Counted from the first letter of the stretch, positions 31,998 through 41,537 are shown. The stretch is 64,000 nt of DNA from an uncultured Trueperaceae bacterium (GCA_963815215.1 CAWFFU010000011.1:128001-192000), one strand, 5' to 3'. Numbers and translations: made by a program. Notes: a model not told the origin generated them from the letters alone.

Positions 31998-33335
31998 ATG
32001 GCAGATAGGCGGTACTTCGGCACCGACGGCATCCGGGGGGTCGCCGGCGAATCCCCCATGACGGGGGCGTTCGCCTTCAGGCTCGGTGTCGCGACCGCCG
32101 AGGGGCTGCGCCGCACCGGTACGGCGCGTCCGCACGTGGTGGTGGGCATGGACACTCGACGGTCGGGGCCGATGCTGGCCCATGCCGTGGCCGCGGGTCT
32201 GGCGTCACGTGGGGCGGACGTCAGCTGGCTCGGCGTCATGCCCACGCCCGGCGTCTCCTACCTGACGCTCGCCCTCGAGGCGGACGCCGGCGTGGTGGTC
32301 AGCGCCAGCCACAACCCTTTCGGGGACAACGGCCTCAAGCTCTTCAACGGCGCAGGCGAGAAGCTGTCGGACGCGCTCGAGGAGGAGATCGAGGCGCTGC
32401 TCGAGCTGGACGTGGAGAGCCTCGAGCCCGTGGTGGGCAGCGCCGTCGGTTCGGCGACGCGCTACCGCACCGATGACGGGCACTACCTGCAGCATCTGCT
32501 CGCGAACGCTCCGTACCTGGACGGCTTGCGGGTGGCGCTGGACTGCGCCAACGGCGCCAGCCACATGATCGCGCCCCGGCTCTTCGAGAAGATCGGCGCC
32601 CGTCTCGACCTGATCCACGCCCGCCCCGACGGCGAGAACATCAACGTCGACTGCGGCAGCACGCATCCGGACACCGTTCGCCGACGCGTGCTCGAGCACG
32701 AGCTGGACGTCGGCGTGACGTTCGACGGCGACGCCGACCGGGCCCTGCTGATCGACCGTCGGGGCCGCCTCGTGACCGGGGACCATATCCTGGCCATCTG
32801 CGCGCTCACCGGGGGCGAGACCGAGGTGGTGGCCACGCTGATGAGCAACCTGGGCGTGGAGCGCTACCTGCAGGAGCGAGGCGTTCGGATGCATCGCGTC
32901 CAGGTCGGCGACCGCTACGTCCACGAGGACCTGAAGCGGCGCGAGCTGCGCCTCGGCGGCGAGCAGTCGGGGCACGTGCTGTTCCTGGACAAGGCGCCCA
33001 CCGGTGATGGCATCCTCACGGCGCTGCAGGTGCTGGCTGCGGTGCGCAAGTCCGGCCGACCGCTCGAGGCATGGATGGACGAGATCCCGGTGTTCCCCCA
33101 GCGGCTGGTGAACGTCCGCGTGGCTGCGGGGGCCAGGGCCCACGTGATCGAGGCCGCGCCGGTGCGCGACGCGCTGGCGGCGGCGCGCGCACTGCTGGGC
33201 GACGACGGCCGCATCAACCTGCGGCCCAGCGGCACCGAGCCGCTGGTGCGCGTCATGGTCGAGGCGGAGGACGAGGAACTGGTGGAGCGGTTGGCGCGTG
33301 AGGTCGCGGCCACCGTCGAGTCGGCGGCGCGCTGA
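31998..33335 (+). CDS. glmM: Phosphoglucosamine mutase
   Basis: YFGTDGIRG, SASHNP, DGDADR, GEQSGH, RPSGTEP. Confidence 0.96.
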   Translation: MADRRYFGTDGIRGVAGESPMTGAFAFRLGVATAEGLRRTGTARPHVVVGMDTRRSGPMLAHAVAAGLASRGADVSWLGVMPTPGVSYLTLALEADAGVVVSASHNPFGDNGLKLFNGAGEKLSDALEEEIEALLELDVESLEPVVGSAVGSATRYRTDDGHYLQHLLANAPYLDGLRVALDCANGASHMIAPRLFEKIGARLDLIHARPDGENINVDCGSTHPDTVRRRVLEHELDVGVTFDGDADRALLIDRRGRLVTGDHILAICALTGGETEVVATLMSNLGVERYLQERGVRMHRVQVGDRYVHEDLKRRELRLGGEQSGHVLFLDKAPTGDGILTALQVLAAVRKSGRPLEAWMDEIPVFPQRLVNVRVAAGARAHVIEAAPVRDALAAARALLGDDGRINLRPSGTEPLVRVMVEAEDEELVERLAREVAATVESAAR

Positions 33336-33388
33336 GCGTATCGCGGTCGCCGGACCGGCGGCTCGCGGCGGACGAGTATAGTGCGTCC

Positions 33389-33592
33389 ATGAGTGAACCT
33401 GCGGGCGGCACGGATTGGACGACCGCCATCGGTTACGGGCTGGGCATCGGTATCTGCTCGGTGGCGTCGCTGGGCGTGTGGCTGCAATACTCGACCCAGA
33501 CCTTCACCGCCACGACCGGCGGGGCCCTGAGCCTGGGCATCGGACTGGTGGTCGGCGTCGGCTGGTTCCTACTGCGTCACCGTAGCGGCTGA
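33389..33592 (+). CDS. Small two-TM membrane protein
   Basis: Two hydrophobic segments; TATAGT 6 nt upstream of ATG. Confidence 0.7.
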   Translation: MSEPAGGTDWTTAIGYGLGIGICSVASLGVWLQYSTQTFTATTGGALSLGIGLVVGVGWFLLRHRSG

Positions 33593-33632
33593 GCCGGCTG
33601 CGCGCCCCGCTGAATGCGAGCCGAGCCGGCCG

Positions 33633-34583
33633 TCACGGCGCCGGCGGCGCGTGGCAGGCCGTCGATCCGCTGTCGTGGAAGGTGCCGCCCGGCACGGGCC
33701 GGAAGGCCCAGTCGTAGCCGCTCTTGCGTAGCGTCAGCTCGAGCACCCCGAAGGTCCCCACCTCGAGCGCCCGGCTGTTCGCCCGACGCCACAGCACGAC
33801 GTACTGAGGGGCTCCACCGGTACCCACCACGAACTCGCGGATCCCCTGGGCGGGATCGAGCCGGCCGTCGGCGTCCTGCAGCGCGAAGCGCTCGTAGTCG
33901 TGGTCGTGACCCGACAGAACGATGTCCACGCCGCCTACCTGCAACGCCGTCCAGAAAGGCGCCATGGCGTTGTCGTTGCCGTGCGGCCCCGAGCTGAAGC
34001 GCGGGTGGTGGAAGAACGCCAGGCTGCACTGGCTGGGGTGCGCCTTCAGGTCGGCGGCGATCCAACGCGCCTCCGGCGAGTCGGGCCCGCAACCGCCCAC
34101 AGCCGGGCAGTTCGAGTTCAGCGCGAGGATGTGCCATGCCCCGAGGTCGAAGCTGTAGTAGCCCTTGCCCGGATCGCCGGCGCGCGCGCCCCAGTAGGCG
34201 AAGTAGCCCTCGGCGCCGTGGTAGTACTCGTGATTGCCCGGCACCGGGTAGGTGATGGCCTTGAAGCGGCCCCAACTGCGCTCGTACGCGGCCCGGAACG
34301 ACGCCAGCGAGCCGTAGGGGTACTGCAGGTCGCCAACGGCCAGCACGGCATCGGGATGGAGGCTGGCCGCCAGGTCTGCGGTGGCCTGCTGCTGGCACGC
34401 CCGCGGTGCCGGCGTGGCGTCGGGCTGGCATACGATGTCGCCAGCAGCCACAACGGTCACCGGCTGCGAGCCGGATTGCGCGCGCGCCCGCCCCGTCAGG
34501 CCCATGGCGGCTGCCAGGAGGGCGATCGCCAGCAGGACAGGCAACGGCGGGGACCGCCGTGCCGCGGTGATCAGGCGTGTCAT
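33633..34583 (-). CDS. Secreted calcineurin-like metallophosphoesterase
   Basis: Signal peptide; AAGD, VGDLQY, PGNHEY, FHHP, SGHDH. Confidence 0.9.
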   Translation of the reverse strand: MTRLITAARRSPPLPVLLAIALLAAAMGLTGRARAQSGSQPVTVVAAGDIVCQPDATPAPRACQQQATADLAASLHPDAVLAVGDLQYPYGSLASFRAAYERSWGRFKAITYPVPGNHEYYHGAEGYFAYWGARAGDPGKGYYSFDLGAWHILALNSNCPAVGGCGPDSPEARWIAADLKAHPSQCSLAFFHHPRFSSGPHGNDNAMAPFWTALQVGGVDIVLSGHDHDYERFALQDADGRLDPAQGIREFVVGTGGAPQYVVLWRRANSRALEVGTFGVLELTLRKSGYDWAFRPVPGGTFHDSGSTACHAPPAP

Positions 34584-34654
34584 GGCCGCTACGCTACCGG
34601 GACGGCCGACGCAATGGGTGAGAACGAAGCGCCCGCGGCGCTTAGCATGGGACC

Positions 34655-35263
34655 ATGATCGACATCACGCGCGAACTCTCCGAGGGGCACCCGGTGTGGC
34701 CGGGCGACAGCGACTACTGCCTCGAGCAGGTGAGCAGCATCGATCGCGGCAGCGCCGTCAACGTCATGCGGCTCAGCACCACCACCCATCTGGGCACCCA
34801 CCTCGACGCACCCTGGCACTACGCGAGCTCCGGCGCCCGCCTTGGTGCCGTGGGGCTCGACACGCTGGTGGGAGAGGCGCTGGTGATCGACGCCCGCGGC
34901 GAAGGCACGGTCTCGGCCGACGTGCTCCCGGACGCCCCGCTTCCGCCCCGGGTCCTGCTGCGCACCGGTCAGCCGGAACGCTGGGAGAGGTTCCCGAGCT
35001 TCCGACCCCTCGACCCCGCGCTCATCGAAGCGCTCGGCGGCCGGGGCGTCCGTCTGCTGGGAACGGACGCGCCCAGTGTCGACGCCCTGGACAGCAAGGA
35101 CCTGCCGGCGCACCGTGCTTGCTTCCGGACCGACATCGCCATCGTGGAGGGGCTCGAGCTCAGCCGCGTGGCGCCCGGCCGCTATCGCCTCATCTGCCTG
35201 CCGCTGCGCATGCCGCACGCCGACGCCTCACCGGTGCGGGCGCTGCTCGAGCCGCTCCCCTGA
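34655..35263 (+). CDS. kynB: Cyclase family / kynurenine formamidase
   Basis: HLGTHLDAPWH, GTDAPSVD, EGL, DASPVRA. Confidence 0.8.
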   Translation: MIDITRELSEGHPVWPGDSDYCLEQVSSIDRGSAVNVMRLSTTTHLGTHLDAPWHYASSGARLGAVGLDTLVGEALVIDARGEGTVSADVLPDAPLPPRVLLRTGQPERWERFPSFRPLDPALIEALGGRGVRLLGTDAPSVDALDSKDLPAHRACFRTDIAIVEGLELSRVAPGRYRLICLPLRMPHADASPVRALLEPLP

Positions 35264-35290
35264 CAACGCTTGCGACGACCCACACCAAGA

Positions 35291-35322
35291 CACGAGCGGG
35301 CGCCGTTGGGCGCCCGCTCGTG
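35291..35322. terminator. Hairpin between convergent kynB and cupredoxin genes
   Basis: CACGAGCGGGCGCC-GTTG-GGCGCCCGCTCGTG perfect 14-bp stem. Confidence 0.7.
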
Positions 35323-35364
35323 CTCCGTCCTCGCCGCGAGGGCGACGATGGACCGTGGCGAAGA

Positions 35365-35874
35365 TCAGCGCACGACGAGGTAGCCCGCCATGTAGCCGTC
35401 CTGGCCGTTGCCGTCGAAGCCCTTGCTCATACCCCAGTGGGTAGGACCGTCGCAGGGGATGGCGCAGTACCAGCGGTAGTAACCGACCTTGGCGGGCGCC
35501 GTGAAGGTGAACGTGGTCTTGCCGGGTGTGAAGCCGGTCTCCTTGCCGCTGGCGTCCTTGGTGAAGGTGCCGCCCTTGGCGACGAGGTTCATGTTGATCT
35601 CGGGAGCGGTGATGCTGTGGTCGCCGTCGTCGTAGTTGATGACGGTGAGCGTCACCTGCTGGCCGGGCTCCACGACCAGGTCAGAGGGCATGATCGCGTC
35701 GTGGTTGGTGCCGTCGGGGCCGGGCTTGCCGAGCACGCCCGCGACACTGTTGCTGTGCATGACGACCATCGTCAGGCTCACGGGAGCCGGCTTGCTCGCC
35801 GCCAGCGCCGGCATCAGCGCCATGAGAACGAAGGCCGCTACCATCAGGACCGCACCTTTGCGAACGTTTTGCAT
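35365..35874 (-). CDS. Secreted cupredoxin with a CuA-like C-x3-C-x4-H-x2-M motif
   Basis: Signal peptide (ALA-AS); GQQVTLTVINYDDGDHSI; YRWYCAIPCDGPTHWGM...GYMAGYLVV; GGAGA SD. Confidence 0.85.
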   Translation of the reverse strand: MQNVRKGAVLMVAAFVLMALMPALAASKPAPVSLTMVVMHSNSVAGVLGKPGPDGTNHDAIMPSDLVVEPGQQVTLTVINYDDGDHSITAPEINMNLVAKGGTFTKDASGKETGFTPGKTTFTFTAPAKVGYYRWYCAIPCDGPTHWGMSKGFDGNGQDGYMAGYLVVR

Positions 35875-35968
35875 GATGACTCTCCACTTCTGAACTCGGT
35901 TCCGAGCTCGCCTTGACCGCGTTCGGCCAACGAGAGCTATGCTCACTCCGCACGCCCTATCGGCTGTA

Positions 35969-36002
35969 GGGACATTTGACCCGTCCAGGACATATGTCCT
36001 GG
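35969..36002. promoter_or_regulatory. Tandem palindromic operator boxes
   Basis: GGGACATTTGACCC (35969-35982) and perfect palindrome CCAGGACATATGTCCTGG (35985-36002) in the divergent intergenic region. Confidence 0.6.
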
Positions 36003-36072
36003 TCATCGTCACGCCTCCGGAGGGGTCCGGCGCCACTCATGGCTCACACGTTCGTGGCGTTAGGCTGCTGCC

Positions 36073-36783
36073 GTGTACGGCACTCGGACGTGGCGCTTCG
36101 TGGCTCTCGGCGCAGCCGTGGGACTGGTCGCCGGGGTGGCTCTGTTCTTGTGGCCGGGTCCGTTGGCGACCGCGGCCGGAGCCCCCTCCCCGCTACCGAG
36201 GCTCTTCCGATCCCCGAGCTACGCGCTGGTGGATCAGCTCGACCTGCCGGTGGCTTCCACCGACTTCCTCGGCAAGGTCCGCCTGGTCGTGACGATGGAC
36301 CCCTACTGCACCACCCTGTGCCCGCTCACGGCCTCCAAGGTTCTGAACCTCGAGCAGGTGCTGAAGCAACGTCACCTCGCGAACGACGTCCAGGTCGTGG
36401 CCTTCGACATCGATCCGGCCACCGGTCCCGGGGACCTTCGGGCCTTCCTGGTCCAGGAGGGTGTCGACCCGAATGCCCGCTGGCTGGCCTACCTCACGGG
36501 CGCCTCCGCCACGGTGCGAAGCGTCGTGCTCGACGGCTACCACACCAGCTACACCCGCGTCTCCAACGCCCAGGCCACGTCGCTCGCACCCAGCACCTAC
36601 CAGGCCCGCATGCGTAACCCGGTAGCCGAGAAGGCGAACGCGCCGTTCGCTGTCATGCATCAGAGCCCGTTGTTCATCGTCGATCGTCACGGCTGGGTGC
36701 GAGCCGTCTTCGACGACGCCAGCACGGCGCCCAGCGAACTGGTAGCAGGGGACGTTGCGCGCCTGGCGGGGGCCGGAGGATGA
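36073..36783 (+). CDS. SCO1/SenC copper chaperone
   Basis: N-terminal TM; DPYCTTLCP (CxxxC); MHQSPLFIVD distal His. Confidence 0.88.
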   Translation: MYGTRTWRFVALGAAVGLVAGVALFLWPGPLATAAGAPSPLPRLFRSPSYALVDQLDLPVASTDFLGKVRLVVTMDPYCTTLCPLTASKVLNLEQVLKQRHLANDVQVVAFDIDPATGPGDLRAFLVQEGVDPNARWLAYLTGASATVRSVVLDGYHTSYTRVSNAQATSLAPSTYQARMRNPVAEKANAPFAVMHQSPLFIVDRHGWVRAVFDDASTAPSELVAGDVARLAGAGG

Positions 36784-37586
36784 GCACCGCCCCGCGTCCC
36801 AATGGCACCGTCCGCACCGTCCGCACCGTCCGCGCCGCCCAGATCCTGATCGGCCTGCTGCTGGGAGGGGTGCTGGCGTTCGTGGGTAGCGATCTCTACC
36901 ACGGCGTGGCGAACCCTGCCAGGATCGCCGCCGCACGGGCCGAGCGCGGCTACGCGATCCACGACCTGGGTGCGGCCCCTAGCCTGCGCGGCTTCACCGA
37001 TCAGCTGGGGCGGCCCTTCGACCCTTCCACGCTGCGCGGCAAAGTCCAGGTCGTCAGCTTCCTCGATCCCCGCGGCACTCGCGTGAGCCCGGTGATCGGC
37101 GTCAACCTCTTGATGGCGCTGGAGAGCGACCTGAAGACCACCGGAAGGTTCGGCAAGGACGTCGTGTTCGTGTCCCTGAACGTCGACCCGCAGGCCGCCG
37201 ACCCGGCCACCGCCGCGAGCTTCCTGAAGCAGGTGGTGGGCTTCGGCACGGTCCCGGCTCCGGCGGAGCAATGGGTGTTCCTTGGCGCCTCGCCGACCCA
37301 CGTGGCGCAGGTCGTCCGGGAGGGCTACGGTGTCCCCTACCGCCGTCTGGGCGACGGCGCGTTCCAACGTTACGCCGCCCGACAGAAGGCGCAGGGGACC
37401 TACTTCTACGCGCGCGCCTGGAACCCGCTCGCCGAGAGCGGACTGCCGGCCGTGGTAGGCAACAGCACGATCATGATCGTGGGACCCAACGGGCACATCC
37501 GCGCCCGCATCCCGCGCGCCTACCAGGTGTCGAGCGTGGCGGTCGAGCAGACGATCGAGGCGGTGCTCGCGAAGAGCGGCCGCTGA
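36780..37586 (+). CDS. SCO-fold paralogue lacking copper ligands
   Basis: FTDQLGRPF, LRGKVQVVSF, SLNVDP, WVFLG; CxxxC position reads DPRGTRVSP; no His at the distal ligand position; ATGA overlap. Confidence 0.8.
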   Translation: MSTAPRPNGTVRTVRTVRAAQILIGLLLGGVLAFVGSDLYHGVANPARIAAARAERGYAIHDLGAAPSLRGFTDQLGRPFDPSTLRGKVQVVSFLDPRGTRVSPVIGVNLLMALESDLKTTGRFGKDVVFVSLNVDPQAADPATAASFLKQVVGFGTVPAPAEQWVFLGASPTHVAQVVREGYGVPYRRLGDGAFQRYAARQKAQGTYFYARAWNPLAESGLPAVVGNSTIMIVGPNGHIRARIPRAYQVSSVAVEQTIEAVLAKSGR

Positions 37587-37796
37587 GCCCCGCGGCGCCG
37601 TCCGAGGTCTCGCCGCGCGCCATCGGGCCGATCCCCCCGCTGCAAGTCCGTCGAGGGCGGACCGTCGTCGGGGATCGGCCGTGTCGGTTTCGTCACAATC
37701 TGCCCGTCCGTGCGGCCTCCGTGACAGCCGTCCGGCCATTCTGACTGCATCCTCGAATCGGACACTCGAAGCACCGTCCGGAGGCGGGGAAGCAGC

Positions 37797-38882
37797 ATGC
37801 GCGATCTGAACCTGGTCAGGAGACGGCGTCGAACACTCTGGAGCTACACGTTCCAGGCGCTCGTCGTGCTCACGCTCCTGGCGCTCGGCTGGCTGCTCCT
37901 CGTCGAGGTCGGAAGCTCGGACTTCGTCCTCGTCCACCTGATGTACGCGCCGATCCTGCTGGCGGCGTTCTGGTTCCGGAAAGCGGGTGCCGTCCTGGCG
38001 GGGCTGCTCGCGGCGTTGCTCGCTGGACCGCTGCTGCCGCGCGACGTCGTTCCCGCCGAGTACGCGAACGGGACCTGGCTGATCCGGGCCCTCTTCTTCG
38101 TCGCGACGGGCGTCCTGTCCGGTCACCTCAGCCATCTGTTGGACGCCCGACTCACCCAACTTCAAGACGTCTACGGCCGCATCACGCACCTCTATGCACG
38201 GACACTTCGCGGCTTCATGCGGCTGCTGGAGTACAAGGACGAGGAGACGATGGCCCACTGCGAGCGTGTCGCCCGCAACGCGCTCACCCTCGGTCACGCC
38301 CTGGGCCTCGACTCGCATCGGCTCGAGACCTTGTACTGGGCAGGCTACCTGCACGATCTCGGCAAGCTCGCCACGCCCGCGAGCGTCCTCTTGAAGGCCG
38401 GGAGGCTCACCGACGCGGAGTACGACATCATCAAACAGCACGCCGCGGTCGGCGCCGACCTGCTTCTGGGCGTTTCGCCGGCCTTCCGCGAGATCGCCGT
38501 CGGCGTGAGACATCATCACGAACGCTGGGACGGCGGAGGCTACCCGGACGGCCTGAGCCAGCGGGACATCCCCATCCTAGGGCGCATCCTGACGGTCGTG
38601 GACATGTTCGAGGCCATGACGTCGGACCGTCCCTACCGGAAGGGCATCCCTGTCGAGGACGCGCGCGCCATCATCGAGGGCGAGGCCGGCGGCCAGATCG
38701 ACCCGGACCTCGCTGAGCTGTTCCTGCGACTGGAGGCCGAAGGCCGCATCCACGTCGAGGGGCGAGACGGGAAGCACACGGGGATCGCTGTGCCGGACCA
38801 CTTCAACCCCGAGGCTCCGATCTTCGCTGATGGGAACGGGCATCCGCCGCGTAAGGTAGCCGTTGGCGGCGCTCTGCCATGA
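37797..38882 (+). CDS. Membrane-anchored HD-GYP c-di-GMP phosphodiesterase
   Basis: HCERV, LHDLGK, HHERWDGGGYPDGL, DRPYRKG. Confidence 0.92.
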   Translation: MRDLNLVRRRRRTLWSYTFQALVVLTLLALGWLLLVEVGSSDFVLVHLMYAPILLAAFWFRKAGAVLAGLLAALLAGPLLPRDVVPAEYANGTWLIRALFFVATGVLSGHLSHLLDARLTQLQDVYGRITHLYARTLRGFMRLLEYKDEETMAHCERVARNALTLGHALGLDSHRLETLYWAGYLHDLGKLATPASVLLKAGRLTDAEYDIIKQHAAVGADLLLGVSPAFREIAVGVRHHHERWDGGGYPDGLSQRDIPILGRILTVVDMFEAMTSDRPYRKGIPVEDARAIIEGEAGGQIDPDLAELFLRLEAEGRIHVEGRDGKHTGIAVPDHFNPEAPIFADGNGHPPRKVAVGGALP

Positions 38883-38889
38883 TCGTCTC

Positions 38890-39189
38890 ATGAGCGGCGA
38901 ACGAACGCCTCAACACATCGAGGCTCGCATGCTCGAAGGGCTGCGAGACGTCACCCGACTGGCGACCGATCTCGGGGTCGAGAACGTCTTCGCGGTCGAG
39001 CTCTTCATGGCCCAGCAGAGCGTCCAAGACGCCGTAGAGAGCAAGTCCAGGCAGCGCACCGACCAGGCCATGACGGAGATCCGCGAACTCGCCATGCGTA
39101 TCACGCGCACGACCACCAGCCGGAGCGCGATCCGCCGGCCCGCATCACTCATGCAGATCGGGACGACCCGGCGAAGCGTCCGCCGATAG
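38890..39189 (+). CDS. Hypothetical protein
   Basis: ORF starts right after HD-GYP with helical composition; no recognisable motif; overlaps an antisense ORF. Confidence 0.45.
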   Translation: MSGERTPQHIEARMLEGLRDVTRLATDLGVENVFAVELFMAQQSVQDAVESKSRQRTDQAMTEIRELAMRITRTTTSRSAIRRPASLMQIGTTRRSVRR

Positions 39190-39573
39190 GCTGTCTCAGA
39201 CGAAGTTGATCTGACCCCGCGGAGTTCGTTGAGCCAGGCAGGAGATGGGACGAAGGAGCCCCTGCGGGTTGCCGCCAGGATGACCATGGGCGGCAGGATC
39301 CCGGTCCCGGTCACGGCCGTGGGCCAGGAGATGCCGACGGCGACCGCGAGGCCGACGACCAGAGCGAGCAGAAGAAGACGCTTCACAACACCCCCCAGGC
39401 AGCAACACAAGCTCGCCAGGCGCACCCGGCACCGGAAGGAATCTAAGTAGCCTTACTGCCGGCCAGTAACTCTCCTCAAGGAACCGCGCGGAGCCCATTA
39501 CTGCCACCCCATACGTACGACCTTTCAGCTGACGTCGCCACCGCCGTCACCCGCCCCCACGATTAGAGCGATC

Positions 39574-39610
39574 TTAGGCCAGTTTATGCAATGGCGATAA
39601 ATTGGCCTAA
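39574..39610. promoter_or_regulatory. Inverted-repeat operator upstream of the AAA ATPase
   Basis: TTAGGCCAGTTTAT-N9-ATAAATTGGCCTAA (13/14 match), ending 6 nt before the -10 TACACT (39617-39622). Confidence 0.65.
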
Positions 39611-39627
39611 TTTTGCTACACTTAGGC

Positions 39628-40830
39628 ATGGATCCGGTTCGCAACCCCTTCGCGCCCGGAGCAGGAGCCCCACCGCCGGAGCTTGCTGGCCGGGATGAGT
39701 TGCGGGAGAGCATTCGTGTCGCGATCGAGCGGACACGTCGGCGGAAGCCGTCGAAGAGCAGCATCCTGGTTGGTCTCCGGGGCGTCGGGAAGACCGTCTT
39801 GCTGGATCGGATTCGTGATGATGCTGAGGCCGTAGGCATCCAGACGCTTCGGGTTGAGGCACCCGAAGAGCGCTCACTGCCCGCATTGCTGGCCCCCGAG
39901 CTAAGGGTCGTGCTCCTTCGATTGTCCCGGCAGGAACAGGCGAGAGCACTTGCGCAACGGGCCCTGCGGGGACTGGCTGGTTTCGTGGGCGCCCTCAAGC
40001 TCAAGTACCAGGACATCGAAGTAGGTCTCGACTTCGACGCCGAGCCGGGCTTGGCGGACAACGGCGACCTAGAGCATGATCTTCCCGCCCTCTTCGAAGT
40101 GGTGGGCGCGGCGGCACAACAGGCTGATACGGCGCTCGCCATGTTCGTTGACGAACTGCAATACGTCGAGAACGACGAGTTGGCCGCCCTCATCACCGCC
40201 CTGCACCGGGCCGCGCAACGAAAGCTGCCGATCATCCTCGTCGGGGCGGGCCTCCCACAACTGCGGGCCCAAGTTGGTGAGGCAAAATCCTATGCGGAGC
40301 GGCTCTTCGATTTCCCGGCAGTTGGACCCCTGACGCGTAAAGACGTCGACCTCGCCATCGCCAAGCCCATAAGGGATGAAGGCGCAGACATTACCCAGGC
40401 CGCGCTCGACCGCATCGTCGCGGAGACGAAGGGATACGCCTACTTCTTGCAGGAATGGGGCAAGCATTCGTGGGACGTTGCGAGTACCTCGCCCATCACG
40501 GTGGACGACGTGAATGCAGGCTCAATCACCGCGACGGCTGCCCTGGATGCGAGCTTCTTCAGCGTTCGCTTTGACCGACTCACTCCAGCAGAGAAAAGGT
40601 ATCTGCGCGGCATGGCCGAGCTGGGGCCAGGGCCTCACCGATCCGGTGACGTTGCTGAGGCTCTCGGCCGGAAAGTGACCTCTCTGGGCCCCACGAGAGC
40701 GCAATCGATATTCAAGGGAATGATCTGGAGCCCGAACCACGGCGAGACCGCATTCACCGTTCCTTTGTTCGATGAATTCATGCGGCGCATCATGCCCGGG
40801 GACACGTGGCGGACGACGAGAGGTTCGTAG
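39628..40830 (+). CDS. AAA+/STAND-like ATP-binding protein with C-terminal winged helix
   Basis: MDPVRNPFAPGAG, LAGR, Walker A GLRGVGKT, Walker B MFVDE, GYAYFLQ. Confidence 0.85.
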   Translation: MDPVRNPFAPGAGAPPPELAGRDELRESIRVAIERTRRRKPSKSSILVGLRGVGKTVLLDRIRDDAEAVGIQTLRVEAPEERSLPALLAPELRVVLLRLSRQEQARALAQRALRGLAGFVGALKLKYQDIEVGLDFDAEPGLADNGDLEHDLPALFEVVGAAAQQADTALAMFVDELQYVENDELAALITALHRAAQRKLPIILVGAGLPQLRAQVGEAKSYAERLFDFPAVGPLTRKDVDLAIAKPIRDEGADITQAALDRIVAETKGYAYFLQEWGKHSWDVASTSPITVDDVNAGSITATAALDASFFSVRFDRLTPAEKRYLRGMAELGPGPHRSGDVAEALGRKVTSLGPTRAQSIFKGMIWSPNHGETAFTVPLFDEFMRRIMPGDTWRTTRGS

Positions 40831-40851
40831 GGAGCAGGACACAGCCCCTAC

Positions 40852-41421
40852 GTGTCCAGAAACGCAGCCGCTACGCTCTCAAGCGCCCTCACCCGGGCCG
40901 CGCAGTGGGAGCTCATCGCCCGAAACCCGTACACCGCCGGCGCGGTGCTCAGGCCCGTGCTCCCAACCAGCGAGGCCGGCTTCTGGGAACCCAGCGAGGC
41001 GCGCACGTTCATCCAGCATGACGCAGTGCGCGAACACCCGCTTTTCGTCGCCTGCTACCTCACGTTGAATCTCGGGCTTCGCTTGGGCGAACTGCGCGGC
41101 CTGCAGTGGATCGACCTGGTGGATCTCCGCGATCGGGATGGCGCGCCTCTCCCCCACCTTCACGTACAGCGGCAGGCGGTGGACGATCGCAGCATCCCGA
41201 CGCTCACCTCCAGGTTGAAGACGAGGACGTCGAATCGGTTCATTCCGCTTCCGCGAAGCACCATGGCGCTGCTCGAGGAGTGGCGGCTCGCGCAGCAGTT
41301 GCACGGCGAGCAGCCTGAACTCATCATCACGACGGAGCGCGTCTACATCCACCTGCTCCGCGAAGCAACGCATGGAGAGAGCCTCTCGCTCGAGCGGATG
41401 CTCGGAGAGGAGGAGCCTTGA
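40852..41421 (+). pseudogene. Truncated tyrosine integrase
   Basis: IARNP, GLRLGELRGLQW (catalytic R), LKT..S.R and VYIH (catalytic Y) present; N-terminus and HxxR/LGH boxes deleted (LIIT joined directly to TERVY). Confidence 0.85.
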
Positions 41422-41460
41422 GTTGCAGCTGGAAGTCTCGACTCGTAGCTCCGCACGGCA

Positions 41461-41489
41461 AGAGAGAAGCCCCGTCGGTGACGGGGCTT
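41461..41489 (-). terminator. Terminator following the tRNA-Arg 3' fragment
   Basis: AAGCCCCGTC-ACC-GACGGGGCTT followed by CTCTCTT on the minus strand. Confidence 0.7.
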
Positions 41490-41492
41490 TCT

Positions 41493-41537
41493 TGGTGCGC
41501 CTGCAAGGATTCGAACCCTGGACCTTCTGATCCGTAG
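41493..41537 (-). other. att scar: 3' half of tRNA-Arg(ACG)
   Basis: CTACGGATCAGAAGGTCCAGGGTTCGAATCCTTGCAGGCGCACCA = anticodon loop, T arm and CCA; no D arm or 5' acceptor strand upstream. Confidence 0.88.

Noticed and set aside
36805..36833. 9-bp tandem repeat x3 (TVRTVRTVR) as a phase-variation tract
   Set aside because: The unit is in-frame, so copy-number change would not switch expression
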